Shown in pieces: positions 9,514 to 18,130 of a stretch of DNA of 64,000 nucleotides. The notes below the pieces were generated by a model that worked only from the letters and a program-made list of their open reading frames with translations, did not search any database and was not told where the DNA came from. Numbering within the stretch: the stretch's first letter is position 1; each line of letters begins with the position of its first letter. Source of the DNA: Flavobacteriales bacterium (GTDB lineage Bacteria > Bacteroidota > Bacteroidia > CAIKAF01); contig JANWWQ010000005.1 in the NCBI GenBank assembly GCA_025055635.1, positions 16,299-80,298 on the forward strand, in the 5' to 3' direction. The position numbers and the translations under genes were made by a program.

Positions 9514-10681
9514 GGTCGCCGTGGCAGCCCTCAGATGTGGTCTACTATTAATGTCCTTATTAGAGTTTTGCTCTATTCAACTACCTGTTCGAGCACAAAA
9601 TGTTAAAAGCGGATTCCCTTTGGCGCACCATTCGTTGGGTTTTCGCTATGCCCGAGGTTTTCTTTTTGCTCATTCGGCACTAATGAATGCCATAGGACGA
9701 GGACCCAACATAGCGTATGAATTTTTTTTTGAAATCCAAACCTCAGGGGCTAAACCGTGGGAACTCTACCACCGCCTACCTCCCTGGCGCTTGTTTTACA
9801 ACGTGGCTGACTTCAGTGACCCCCAGCATATCGGATGGGTTCACTCACTAGGTACTGAAATGTCGTTTCCTTTAGTGCGGAACAGACGGTTTTATTTAGG
9901 AATAACCGGTGCTTTAGGCTTGGGCTATGTAACAAAACCTTATCATCCGGTCTACAACAACATTAACGCAGCCGTGAGCGCGCCTGTCAACTATTTGCTG
10001 CGGCCTGGATTGGAACTTGCCTGGCAGATGCACCCTCAGGTGGCACTTTTGGGGGGGCTCACCTTCACCCACTGGAGTGTAGGAGCACTTACTATGCCTA
10101 ACCTGGGGATGAATATTCCGGCTTTTTCATGGGGTATGCGAGCCGGCTGGAATTCGCGAAATTTGAATGCCGCTCCTCCCCCGACCTTTCAGAGGCCGCC
10201 GTGGCAACTGGAGGCTCTCCTAATGGGAGGGTTGAAACAGGTATATCCCATTGGCTCCGGTTTTTACCCCACGGCCACCTTGGGCCTTTGGATCTATCGT
10301 CAATTTACACCCAAATCCGGGTTCCCAGCGGGCCTGGATGTGTTTTGGGATGAGTCGGCAAAAATGCGCATGTATCGGAAGTATCATTCTTATGGCTATA
10401 CTCTCCACACATTTAGGGCCGGCCTGTTTGCAGGCTATGAGTTTGTGATAAATAGATTTTCCCTGTATTTTCATTTTGGTGGTTATTTCTTTTGGCCTGA
10501 TAGGCTGGACACTCGCTTTTACCAGCGCATCGGGATGCGCTACCGCTTACGTGAGCGCGGGATACTCAATTTCAGCCTTAAAAGCCATTTCTTTGTGGCC
10601 GACTTCGTGGAGCTTGGGGGAGGAATACGCATTGCAAAATTCCCAAAAGGCAAACACCTCCGCAGCACGAAAAAGCCATGA
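9497..10681 (+). CDS. acyloxyacyl hydrolase / lipid A 3-O-deacylase (PagL)-like outer-membrane protein
   Basis: 394 aa. GFRYARGFLFAHS near the N-terminus and LKSHFFVADFVELGGGIRI near the C-terminus resemble the Bacteroidota PagL-like family. This is from memory of the family and was not searched. The start is uncertain (TTG 9497, GTG 9521 or ATG 9551). Confidence 0.5.
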   Translation: MLSGIKVAVAALRCGLLLMSLLEFCSIQLPVRAQNVKSGFPLAHHSLGFRYARGFLFAHSALMNAIGRGPNIAYEFFFEIQTSGAKPWELYHRLPPWRLFYNVADFSDPQHIGWVHSLGTEMSFPLVRNRRFYLGITGALGLGYVTKPYHPVYNNINAAVSAPVNYLLRPGLELAWQMHPQVALLGGLTFTHWSVGALTMPNLGMNIPAFSWGMRAGWNSRNLNAAPPPTFQRPPWQLEALLMGGLKQVYPIGSGFYPTATLGLWIYRQFTPKSGFPAGLDVFWDESAKMRMYRKYHSYGYTLHTFRAGLFAGYEFVINRFSLYFHFGGYFFWPDRLDTRFYQRIGMRYRLRERGILNFSLKSHFFVADFVELGGGIRIAKFPKGKHLRSTKKP

Positions 10682-11721
10682 GGGCACGAGGGGACGTTTT
10701 CAGGCGCTTGAAGTTCCCCGCAACTTTTATCATGGTCTGTTTGCCAGCCGGGGTTTGTGAAGCTCAGAAAGAGCCTTGTGCTGAATATTTGAGCGTTCAG
10801 GTTCTTCCAGTTGTGGAAAGGAAGAGCTCATTGTGCGTGTTCCATCTGACAGATTTGCATGTGGGTCAAGGTTTGAATACCCGTGATTACGGTAGTCCCG
10901 GCTGGGCGGATTCCCTGAGCCACACCAAAGGAGGCTATGCGGCCGAGAGGCTTCAGAAGGTTGTACGGCGCGTGAATGCTTGCGTGCACCGGTGCCCCAA
11001 GTCTCTAGTTCTCATTTCCGGCGACCTTACGGACAGCGGCGAGCCATCAGAATTCCAGCACGTCCGAGAAATATTGGATTCCCTTCAGGCGCCTTGGGTG
11101 CCTTTGTTGGGAAACCACGATGTGTGGCCCTATATAAGATTTGGAGATGAAGCCACCGGCCCTATGGGGGATAGTATTCTGAATGTGATTTTTGAGTACC
11201 AATTCCGAAAGCTCGCCAGGCTGTTTCCTTTTCATGAAGACCAGAGGCATACATTCTGCCAAGATGGACACTCGGGCCACAGGGTACGTTTGCATAATTA
11301 TTCGTTCACGGTGGAAGGAAGGAGATTTGTTTGTTTAGATTTTAACCCGCGTTACCATACAAAGCTTTCCGAACCGGGGATAGGTCCAGAGGCCTGGCTT
11401 CACCCCCAGCCTTGCGGAACATGGGCCTTTTTAAGCAGACAACTGGAGCAAGCCTGGAAAGCCGGACAACGGGTGACGCTGGTTTCCCACCATCCGCCGC
11501 TAACACTTCGCCTGGGGAAGAAGCAATACGCCTTCACTCCCACTCAGAGACGCCAGCTTCTGACCCTTCTCCGCCGATACAAAGGTACTGTCGATAGTTG
11601 GTTGTGCGGACATTTTCACCGCTCTGCGCGCTACCGATTACCGGGTACAGGGATAAGGGTCTATGAAACCCGTGCCAATATCTGTTCCAAGAATGGCGTA
11701 ATGCGTATTTTGAAAATGTAG
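10678..11721 (+). CDS. metallophosphoesterase
   Basis: 347 aa. Calcineurin-like motifs TDLHVG, SGDLTDSG, LGNHDVW, VSHHPP and GHFH. The start overlaps the upstream stop as ATGA (10678-10681). Confidence 0.8.
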   Translation: MRARGDVFRRLKFPATFIMVCLPAGVCEAQKEPCAEYLSVQVLPVVERKSSLCVFHLTDLHVGQGLNTRDYGSPGWADSLSHTKGGYAAERLQKVVRRVNACVHRCPKSLVLISGDLTDSGEPSEFQHVREILDSLQAPWVPLLGNHDVWPYIRFGDEATGPMGDSILNVIFEYQFRKLARLFPFHEDQRHTFCQDGHSGHRVRLHNYSFTVEGRRFVCLDFNPRYHTKLSEPGIGPEAWLHPQPCGTWAFLSRQLEQAWKAGQRVTLVSHHPPLTLRLGKKQYAFTPTQRRQLLTLLRRYKGTVDSWLCGHFHRSARYRLPGTGIRVYETRANICSKNGVMRILKM

Positions 11722-11934
11722 AAGTAGTAATAAAGGAAAGATGACTCCATATGGTCCTCATAACATAGACGGTGGGGCACACAATTGCTGGTTCCTTGCT
11801 CATCGTCACTATCCCGTTAAGCAGCAGGGTACATCCTATTTTACTAATCTAAATACAACAAATAAAAAATATAAAGTTTCCGATTTTCGGTTTTATTCAC
11901 TACGAAAATTGGAGGGGCGAGAATAATGATCCAG

Positions 11935-11950
11935 CCCTGAAATTTCAGGG
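11935..11950. repeat. perfect 16-bp palindrome CCCTGAAATTTCAGGG
   Basis: Read directly. It lies in the 440-bp spacer upstream of dnaK. No T-run follows on either strand. Confidence 0.6.
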
Positions 11951-12118
11951 ATACTAATAGTTACTCGTCATCTCCTAAAATCGTAATTTTTTCGTTAGAA
12001 TTAATATTTGTCGCCTTAAATTTTAATAATACCTTCCAAATCTTGGTTGCTGCAATTTTGTCAGCTGCTGTCATAAAATCTTCGGAAAGGGACATAAAAA
12101 CCCATGACAAATGACCCG

Positions 12119-12134
12119 CGGCACAGAAATTGAG
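12119..12134 (+). promoter_or_regulatory. sigma-54-like -24/-12 element (cGGCAC-N5-TTGA) upstream of dnaK
   Basis: The GG to G spacing matches TGGCAC-N5-TTGC, but the -12 dinucleotide is GA rather than GC. It lies 28 nt upstream of the dnaK ATG. Speculative. Confidence 0.2.
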
Positions 12135-12161
12135 ACATAATTGATAAAATTCATATTTTCT

Positions 12162-14063
12162 ATGAGTAAAATTATCGGAATAGATTTAGGCACCACCAAC
12201 TCCTGTGTGGCCGTCATGGAAGGTAACCAACCGGTGGTGATTGCCAACAGTGAAGGCAAACGTACTACGCCTTCTATGGTCGCATTCATGGAAAACGGAG
12301 AAAGAAAGATTGGGGACCCGGCCAAACGGCAAGCCATCACCAACCCCAAGCGTACCATATATTCTATAAAACGGTTTATGGGTCGCCGGTATGATGAGGT
12401 CCTAGACGAAATTAAGCGGGTACCTTACACTGTGGAAAGAGGAGAAAACAACACACCGCGCGTACGGATTGGGGATCGTCTCTATACGCCTCAGGAAATT
12501 TCGGCGATGATCTTGCAAAAAATGAAGCAGACCGCCGAAGACTACCTGGGACATCCCGTAACGGAAGCCGTGATTACTGTACCAGCCTACTTTAATGACG
12601 CTCAGCGGCAAGCCACAAAAGAGGCGGGCGAAATAGCCGGCCTTAAGGTGCGGCGCATCATCAACGAACCTACGGCAGCCGCTTTGGCCTACGGGCTGGA
12701 TAAGAAATCGCGCGATATGAAAATTGTGGTGTTTGACTGCGGTGGTGGCACGCACGATGTGTCTGTACTTGAGCTGGGAGATGGAGTTTTTGAAGTAAAA
12801 GCCACCGATGGGGATACCCACTTGGGTGGTGATGATTTTGATCAAAAAATTATTGATTGGCTTGCGGAAGAATTCATGCGCGAAGAGGGGGTAGACCTGA
12901 GACGCGATCCCATGGCCTTGCAGCGGCTTAAAGAAGCCGCCGAAAAGGCCAAAATCGAGCTCTCTTCCTCTACACAAACCGAAATTAATCTGCCTTACAT
13001 TATGCCCGTGGATGGGGTGCCCAAACATCTGGTGAAAACCCTCACTCGGGCAAAGTTTGAAGCCTTGGTATCTGACCTGATTGAGCGCACCATCGCTCCG
13101 TGTCGCTCAGCTCTTGAAAAAGCAGGCCTGAAGCCCTCCGATATTGATGAGGTGATTCTTGTAGGAGGTAGTACGAGAATTCCTGCCATACAGCAAGCTG
13201 TAGAAAAGTTCTTCGGAAAAGCCCCATCTAAGGGCGTAAACCCGGATGAAGTGGTAGCCGTAGGTGCTGCTATCCAAGGCGGCGTATTAGCTGGCGAAGT
13301 AAAGGACGTGCTCCTTTTGGATGTAACTCCTCTTTCGCTGGGTATTGAAACTCTTGGCGGGGTGTTCACTAAACTTATTGAGGCCAATACAACCATACCC
13401 ACTCAGAAAACCGAAATATTCTCCACCGCTGCTGACAATCAAACGTCGGTAGAAATTCATGTGCTTCAGGGTGAACGTCCTATGGCTAAAGATAACCGCA
13501 CCATAGGACGCTTCCACCTAGATGGAATTCCCCCTGCTCCTAGAGGCGTACCCCAAATTGAGGTGACATTTGATATTGACGCTAATGGTATCTTGAACGT
13601 GACAGCACGCGATAAGGCCACTGGAAAGCAGCAAAAAATCCGCATTGAAGCTTCCTCTGGACTCACCAAGGAAGAAATCGAACGCATGAAACGTGAAGCC
13701 GAGCTCAATGCCGAGGCTGACAGAAAAGAACGCGAAAAAGCTGAAAAACTCAACGCGGCCGATGCTTTGATTTTCCAAACTGAGAAACAACTGAAGGAAA
13801 ACGGCGACAAGATTCCATCCGACTTAAAATCGCAACTTGAAAAGCTCCTGAGTGATTTAAAGGCAGCCCATTCGGCTAAGGATATGGAAAAGATAGATTC
13901 CTTGATGGCTGATATGAACCGAGTGCTGCACGAAGTAGCTCAAAAAATGTACGCTTCCGCCGGCGGTCAAACCGCAGGCACATCCTCTAGTGCAGAAGCT
14001 TCCTCTGGCAGCTCAGCAGGAAACGGCCAGGTCACTGACGTGGAATACGAGGAAGTCAAATAA
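12162..14063 (+). CDS. dnaK: molecular chaperone DnaK (Hsp70)
   Basis: [28 protein letters not shown]-type ([15 protein letters not shown]) and [14 protein letters not shown] signatures. The track start 12141 is a TTG 7 codons upstream of the canonical ATG at 12162. Confidence 0.97.
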   Translation: MSKIIGIDLGTTNSCVAVMEGNQPVVIANSEGKRTTPSMVAFMENGERKIGDPAKRQAITNPKRTIYSIKRFMGRRYDEVLDEIKRVPYTVERGENNTPRVRIGDRLYTPQEISAMILQKMKQTAEDYLGHPVTEAVITVPAYFNDAQRQATKEAGEIAGLKVRRIINEPTAAALAYGLDKKSRDMKIVVFDCGGGTHDVSVLELGDGVFEVKATDGDTHLGGDDFDQKIIDWLAEEFMREEGVDLRRDPMALQRLKEAAEKAKIELSSSTQTEINLPYIMPVDGVPKHLVKTLTRAKFEALVSDLIERTIAPCRSALEKAGLKPSDIDEVILVGGSTRIPAIQQAVEKFFGKAPSKGVNPDEVVAVGAAIQGGVLAGEVKDVLLLDVTPLSLGIETLGGVFTKLIEANTTIPTQKTEIFSTAADNQTSVEIHVLQGERPMAKDNRTIGRFHLDGIPPAPRGVPQIEVTFDIDANGILNVTARDKATGKQQKIRIEASSGLTKEEIERMKREAELNAEADRKEREKAEKLNAADALIFQTEKQLKENGDKIPSDLKSQLEKLLSDLKAAHSAKDMEKIDSLMADMNRVLHEVAQKMYASAGGQTAGTSSSAEASSGSSAGNGQVTDVEYEEVK

Positions 14064-14092
14064 AAAACATTAACAAACAAATATTAATTCAC

Positions 14093-14124
14093 AACCTCCT
14101 TAAAAGGAGGTTTTTTTATTTTTG
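14093..14124 (+). terminator. rho-independent terminator after dnaK
   Basis: AACCTCC-TTAAAA-GGAGGTT hairpin followed by TTTTTATTTTTG, 30 nt after the stop. Confidence 0.75.
14117..14124 (+). promoter_or_regulatory. -7 promoter box TATTTTTG for 14165 ORF (embedded in the terminator T-tail)
   Basis: Perfect TAnnTTTG, 40 nt upstream of ATG 14165. Confidence 0.35.
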
Positions 14125-14164
14125 TAAAGTCATTTAATTAAATAAACTCTTAATAAAATTTTTT

Positions 14165-14911
14165 ATGAATCTATCAAGTTTTTTTACTACTACATGGATA
14201 GCAATTTCTTCCATGGTCAATAACAAAATTGAACCAAGCAAACATTTCCAAGTATTCCCTTACGCAGGTCTTTATCACGCTGTCATTCCAAGTGCTGAGT
14301 GTGAGGGGTTATTCTCCTTGCTTCGTCTTAGTGCCGATTACACTTATGTTTTAAGAGTTAAAAAGTTGGGTGTTTCTGATAGTTTTCTGATAGAAAAAGG
14401 CACTTTCCAATGGAATCCATCCAAAAACCTTTTAACTCTAAGTGGTAAAGGCCCAGGGTCAAATAAATTTTTATTTGAAAAAGGGAATTTCGTTTTACTA
14501 GATCCATCAGGTCGGAGACCGGAAGGCGATGAAGCCGAAAGAGCTTCTTTTATTTTTTATCCTTTCCCGATGGTCATGAAGGAAATCCGATGGAAACTGG
14601 TGGAAATCAATGGTAAACCCCTGCCGAGCGAAGAATCGTATCGCCAACCACCATATATCTTTTTCCCTGTTTACGAAAATGCCGTCCACGGCTTTGACGG
14701 CTGCAATGCCTTCAGGGGCCAGGCCAAGGTGAACGAAAACAGTATTGAAATCACCGATATCGTCTCCACTAAAGTGTACTGCGCCCAGGTGACCATAGAT
14801 AAAAGCTTTATTCAGAATTTACAGGATGCCCGGAGTTACACCGGCAACGAGACAGAACTCACGTTTTTGAAAGACGGCAAACCGACTCTTCGGTTCGTAG
14901 CTGTTTACTAA
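14165..14911 (+). CDS. NlpE N-terminal-like + META (HslJ-like) domain protein
   Basis: 248 aa. YHAVIPSAECEGLFSLLRLSADYTY resembles the NlpE_N YxGxLPCADCxGI...L motif. The C-terminal half (WKLVEINGKPL ... GFDGCNAFRGQAKV ... STKVYC) resembles a META domain. Confidence 0.6.
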   Translation: MNLSSFFTTTWIAISSMVNNKIEPSKHFQVFPYAGLYHAVIPSAECEGLFSLLRLSADYTYVLRVKKLGVSDSFLIEKGTFQWNPSKNLLTLSGKGPGSNKFLFEKGNFVLLDPSGRRPEGDEAERASFIFYPFPMVMKEIRWKLVEINGKPLPSEESYRQPPYIFFPVYENAVHGFDGCNAFRGQAKVNENSIEITDIVSTKVYCAQVTIDKSFIQNLQDARSYTGNETELTFLKDGKPTLRFVAVY

Positions 14912-15004
14912 GATCCGGGCGAGCCGCCCCGGGCCAGAATGTTTCCATGGCTAACCTTCACCGAGTAACCTTCCTCCTGTCCTATTCATGCGGGCAAGAG
15001 GACC

Positions 15005-15012
15005 TATTTTTG
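15005..15012 (+). promoter_or_regulatory. -7 promoter box TATTTTTG for antiporter gene
   Basis: Perfect TAnnTTTG, 21 nt upstream of ATG 15034. Confidence 0.45.
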
Positions 15013-15033
15013 GGGCTGGCTTAAAAACAGCCC

Positions 15034-16269
15034 ATGCATATCTCAGAACCAGCCCTGCCCCTTTTTACCAAACTCCTGATTTTGCTGGTGGCTGCCAGGC
15101 TTCTGGGCGAGGTATTTGAACGGTTACGCCAGCCCGCCATGATTGGTGAAATAATAGCCGGCATCGTGTTGGGGCCAGCCGTCCTGAATTTGATTCACCG
15201 CACTGAAGAGGTACGGGTGATTTCAGAATTGGGCGTTTTCCTACTGGTTATTATTGCAGGTCTTGAAATTAACATTGACGATATCCTGCGCTCCATGCGG
15301 GGAAAAAACATAATTATTTCTCTATCCGCATTCTTTGTGCCCATTACAGCTGGCTTTCTCACGGCCTATTTTTTTGGAAAAGATCTGCGAACCAACTTGT
15401 TCACTGGATTGTGCGTGGCTATTACAGCACTCCCGGTTAGTATCCGTATCTTAATGGACCTGGGTCGCATACAATCTCCACTGGGACAGTTAATAGTTTC
15501 CGTGGCCATCTTTGACGATGTAATGGCGCTCACTATCCTCGGTATAATCCTGCAAACCAAAGGAATAACTCCTGATGTGGGAGGCCTTGTGGAGATATCC
15601 GTTTTATCCTTACTGAAGCTGGCATTTTTTATAGGCGTAATTTCCCTAAGCTACGGTGCGGTACGCAGGGTTTCGCGCCGCCCTGATTATCTTGAAAACC
15701 AGATATCTAAGCTCATTGGCTTTCTCCGCGGTAGGGAACCCTTGTTTGCCCTGTTCTTTGTGTTCGTACTGGTTTTTGCCACCATTACTGAATCACTGGG
15801 TTTCCATTTCATTGTGGGAGCCTTTTTCGCCTCCTTGTTGTTGAGCGAACATATCATCGGAAAAAACCACATGAATACCATTCAAAATACCACCCAAAGT
15901 CTGGCTATGGGTTTTCTGGCCCCGGTGTTTTTTGCCGGGATCGGATTGGAATTCCAATTCAAATCCCTTCAGAATCCAGCTTTTCTGATGGCTGTTATCG
16001 TCGTTTCCTATCTATCAAAAATTCTGGGAGGTTACTTGGGGGGGCGCTTGGCCGGCATGAAGGGTCCCGAAAGCTTTGTACTAGGCTTGGGTCTGAATGC
16101 GAGAGGCATAATGGAGTTGGTTATTGCCAATATTGCTTATAAATCAGGAATGATTACCAACGAAGTTTTTTCCATTCTGGTAGTAATGGGTGTGCTCACC
16201 ACGCTTACCACTCCGCTGGTGCTGAAAAGGGGCTTCAGGTATATGGAAGCTTTGAGCCGTGCATCGTGA
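15034..16269 (+). CDS. cation:proton antiporter (CPA2 / Kef-type Na+/H+ exchanger family)
   Basis: 411 aa, polytopic. The N-terminal LGEVFERLRQPAMIGEIIAGIVLGP is typical of the Na_H_Exchanger family. Confidence 0.8.
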   Translation: MHISEPALPLFTKLLILLVAARLLGEVFERLRQPAMIGEIIAGIVLGPAVLNLIHRTEEVRVISELGVFLLVIIAGLEINIDDILRSMRGKNIIISLSAFFVPITAGFLTAYFFGKDLRTNLFTGLCVAITALPVSIRILMDLGRIQSPLGQLIVSVAIFDDVMALTILGIILQTKGITPDVGGLVEISVLSLLKLAFFIGVISLSYGAVRRVSRRPDYLENQISKLIGFLRGREPLFALFFVFVLVFATITESLGFHFIVGAFFASLLLSEHIIGKNHMNTIQNTTQSLAMGFLAPVFFAGIGLEFQFKSLQNPAFLMAVIVVSYLSKILGGYLGGRLAGMKGPESFVLGLGLNARGIMELVIANIAYKSGMITNEVFSILVVMGVLTTLTTPLVLKRGFRYMEALSRAS

Positions 16270-16322
16270 AAACAAACGAAATACCTATGTTTTTTATTAT
16301 TATCTTGCTGAAAATACGGTAA

Positions 16323-17984
16323 ATGATTATGAAACACGAAACTACAGTTTCTCAAGGACGCAATGTGTTGGAATGTAAAGGCTGGATTCAGGAAGCTGCT
16401 CTGCGGATGCTCCGCAATAACCTTCACCCAGATGTTGCTGAAAAACCAGAAGATTTGATTGTATACGGAGGTATTGGAAAAGCCGCCCGCAATCACGAGG
16501 CACTCAAAAAAATCATCGCTGCCCTGAAAATCCTGCGGGACGACGAAACCCTCCTTATTCAGAGCGGCAAGCCCGTAGGTATTTTTCCTACTCATCCTGA
16601 TGCGCCTCGGGTACTCATTAGCAATGCTATGCTAGTACCCCGTTGGGCCACGTGGGAACATTTCCACGAGCTGGACCGCAAGGGTCTCATAATGTTTGGT
16701 CAGATGACTGCGGGTTCCTGGATTTACATCGGGTCACAAGGTATCGTGCAGGGCACCTATGAGACTTATGCTGAATGTGCGCGACAGCATTTTGGAGGCA
16801 CTCTGCGCGGCACCCTGAACGTCACGGCCGGGCTGGGTGGGATGGGCGGAGCCCAACCCTTGGCCATTACCATGAATGAAGGAGTGGCTCTCATCGCCGA
16901 AATGGAGGAATGGCGCATTGATAAAAGGCTAGAAACTCGTTATTTGGATGAGAAAGCATGGGATATACCCTCGGCCGTTGACCGAGCTCTCCAAGCCAAA
17001 GCTCGCGGTGAAGCGGTTTCCATCGGGGTATTATGCAACATTGTGGATCTTTTGCAATACCTCATTGATCACAACATAACTCCTGACACCCTCACAGACC
17101 AAACCAGCGCCCATGATGAACTGAACGGCTATTTTCCTGAAAAACTCAGTGTGTCTGAGGCTAAAGCCCTTCGTGTCAAGAATCCCCAGGAATACAGAGA
17201 GCGCGCCTGGGATACCATGGCCCGTCACGTGCAGCAGATGCTCACGTTGATGCGAAGAGGTGCCATCACATTTGATTACGGCAACAATTTAAGAGGTCAG
17301 GCCCATGACCGCCGGGGTGTGACCGACGCGTTTGATATACCCGGTTTTGTGCCGGCTTTCATTAGGCCTTTGTTCTGCAAAGGAAGTGGTCCTTTCCGCT
17401 TTGTCGCTCTCAGCGGCGATCCTGAGGACATTTACACCTGTGATCAGGTGTTGATGGAACTTTTCCCGGAAGACATATCACTGCAGAACTGGATTCGCCT
17501 GGCGCGTGAGAAAATTGCATTTCAGGGGCTGCCGGCCCGTATATGCTGGTTGCCCATGGGTGCCCGACAAAAGGCGGGTCTGGCATTTAACGACCTGGTA
17601 CGCACGGGTCGCGTGAAAGCCCCTATCGTCATTGGCCGCGATCATCTGGACACGGGCTCAGTGGCCTCCCCCAACCGTGAAACTGAACGGATGAAAGATG
17701 GTAGCGATGCTATTGCGGACTGGCCCGTTCTCAATGCTCTTTTGAATACGGCCGGTGGGGCGTCCTGGGTCAGTCTCCACCACGGCGGAGGAGTGGGCAT
17801 GGGTTATAGCATTCACGCTGGGATGGTAATTGTAGCCGATGGAACCGAAAGTGCAGCCCATCGCCTGGCCCGTGTTCTTCACAACGATCCGGGGATTGGT
17901 GTTGTGCGCCACGCCGATGCAGGTTATGAGCTGGCTCTGGAAACTGCACGGAAGTTTAAGCTAGACTTAGAAAGCCGTATTTAA
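16323..17984 (+). CDS. hutU: urocanate hydratase
   Basis: 553 aa. [58 protein letters not shown] and [21 protein letters not shown] are classic urocanase blocks. Confidence 0.93.
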   Translation: MIMKHETTVSQGRNVLECKGWIQEAALRMLRNNLHPDVAEKPEDLIVYGGIGKAARNHEALKKIIAALKILRDDETLLIQSGKPVGIFPTHPDAPRVLISNAMLVPRWATWEHFHELDRKGLIMFGQMTAGSWIYIGSQGIVQGTYETYAECARQHFGGTLRGTLNVTAGLGGMGGAQPLAITMNEGVALIAEMEEWRIDKRLETRYLDEKAWDIPSAVDRALQAKARGEAVSIGVLCNIVDLLQYLIDHNITPDTLTDQTSAHDELNGYFPEKLSVSEAKALRVKNPQEYRERAWDTMARHVQQMLTLMRRGAITFDYGNNLRGQAHDRRGVTDAFDIPGFVPAFIRPLFCKGSGPFRFVALSGDPEDIYTCDQVLMELFPEDISLQNWIRLAREKIAFQGLPARICWLPMGARQKAGLAFNDLVRTGRVKAPIVIGRDHLDTGSVASPNRETERMKDGSDAIADWPVLNALLNTAGGASWVSLHHGGGVGMGYSIHAGMVIVADGTESAAHRLARVLHNDPGIGVVRHADAGYELALETARKFKLDLESRI

Positions 17985-17990
17985 GAAAAC

Positions 17991-18028
17991 ACCGTTCAGA
18001 TAGGTTAGGGATTATTTCCTTGAACGGT
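17991..18028. repeat. 8-bp inverted repeat ACCGTTCA/TGAACGGT with a 22-nt loop (weak terminator candidate between convergent genes)
   Basis: Read directly, 7 nt after the hutU stop. The loop is large and there is no clear T-run. Confidence 0.3.
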
Positions 18029-18130
18029 TCTTCCTGGGCAGTCGCATTTATATGTCATAAACTTGTATTTGTAATAAGTTTGAGGGCATCTGCTTAGGTC
18101 TCCTTAAAAGGTAAAATGCCCCTTTTCCTT

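Noticed and set aside
11775-11789. GGGGCAC-ACAA-TTGCT, a sigma-54-like motif 370 nt upstream of dnaK
   Set aside because: The spacing between the GG and GC elements is one nucleotide too short, and sigma-54 promoters are intolerant of spacing changes. It also lies far from any start codon.
11741-11926. 61-aa ORF in the dnaK upstream spacer, ending 9 nt before the 16-bp palindrome
   Set aside because: It has no motifs. The second half is simply AT-rich spacer read in frame (…TNLNTTNKKYKVSDFRF…). No promoter box lies upstream. It overlaps another short antisense ORF. It is probably non-coding.
12402-13810. Long antisense ORFs inside dnaK (12402-13028, 208 aa; 12995-13402, 135 aa; 13466-13810, 114 aa)
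   Set aside because: They lie entirely opposite an unambiguous, highly conserved Hsp70 coding frame. Long antisense frames are a known by-product of codon bias in hsp70 genes. Their sequences are low-complexity, with no recognisable motifs.
16137-16595. 152-aa minus-strand ORF spanning the antiporter end and hutU start
   Set aside because: It is antisense to two well-supported genes, crosses their intergenic region, and has no recognisable features.
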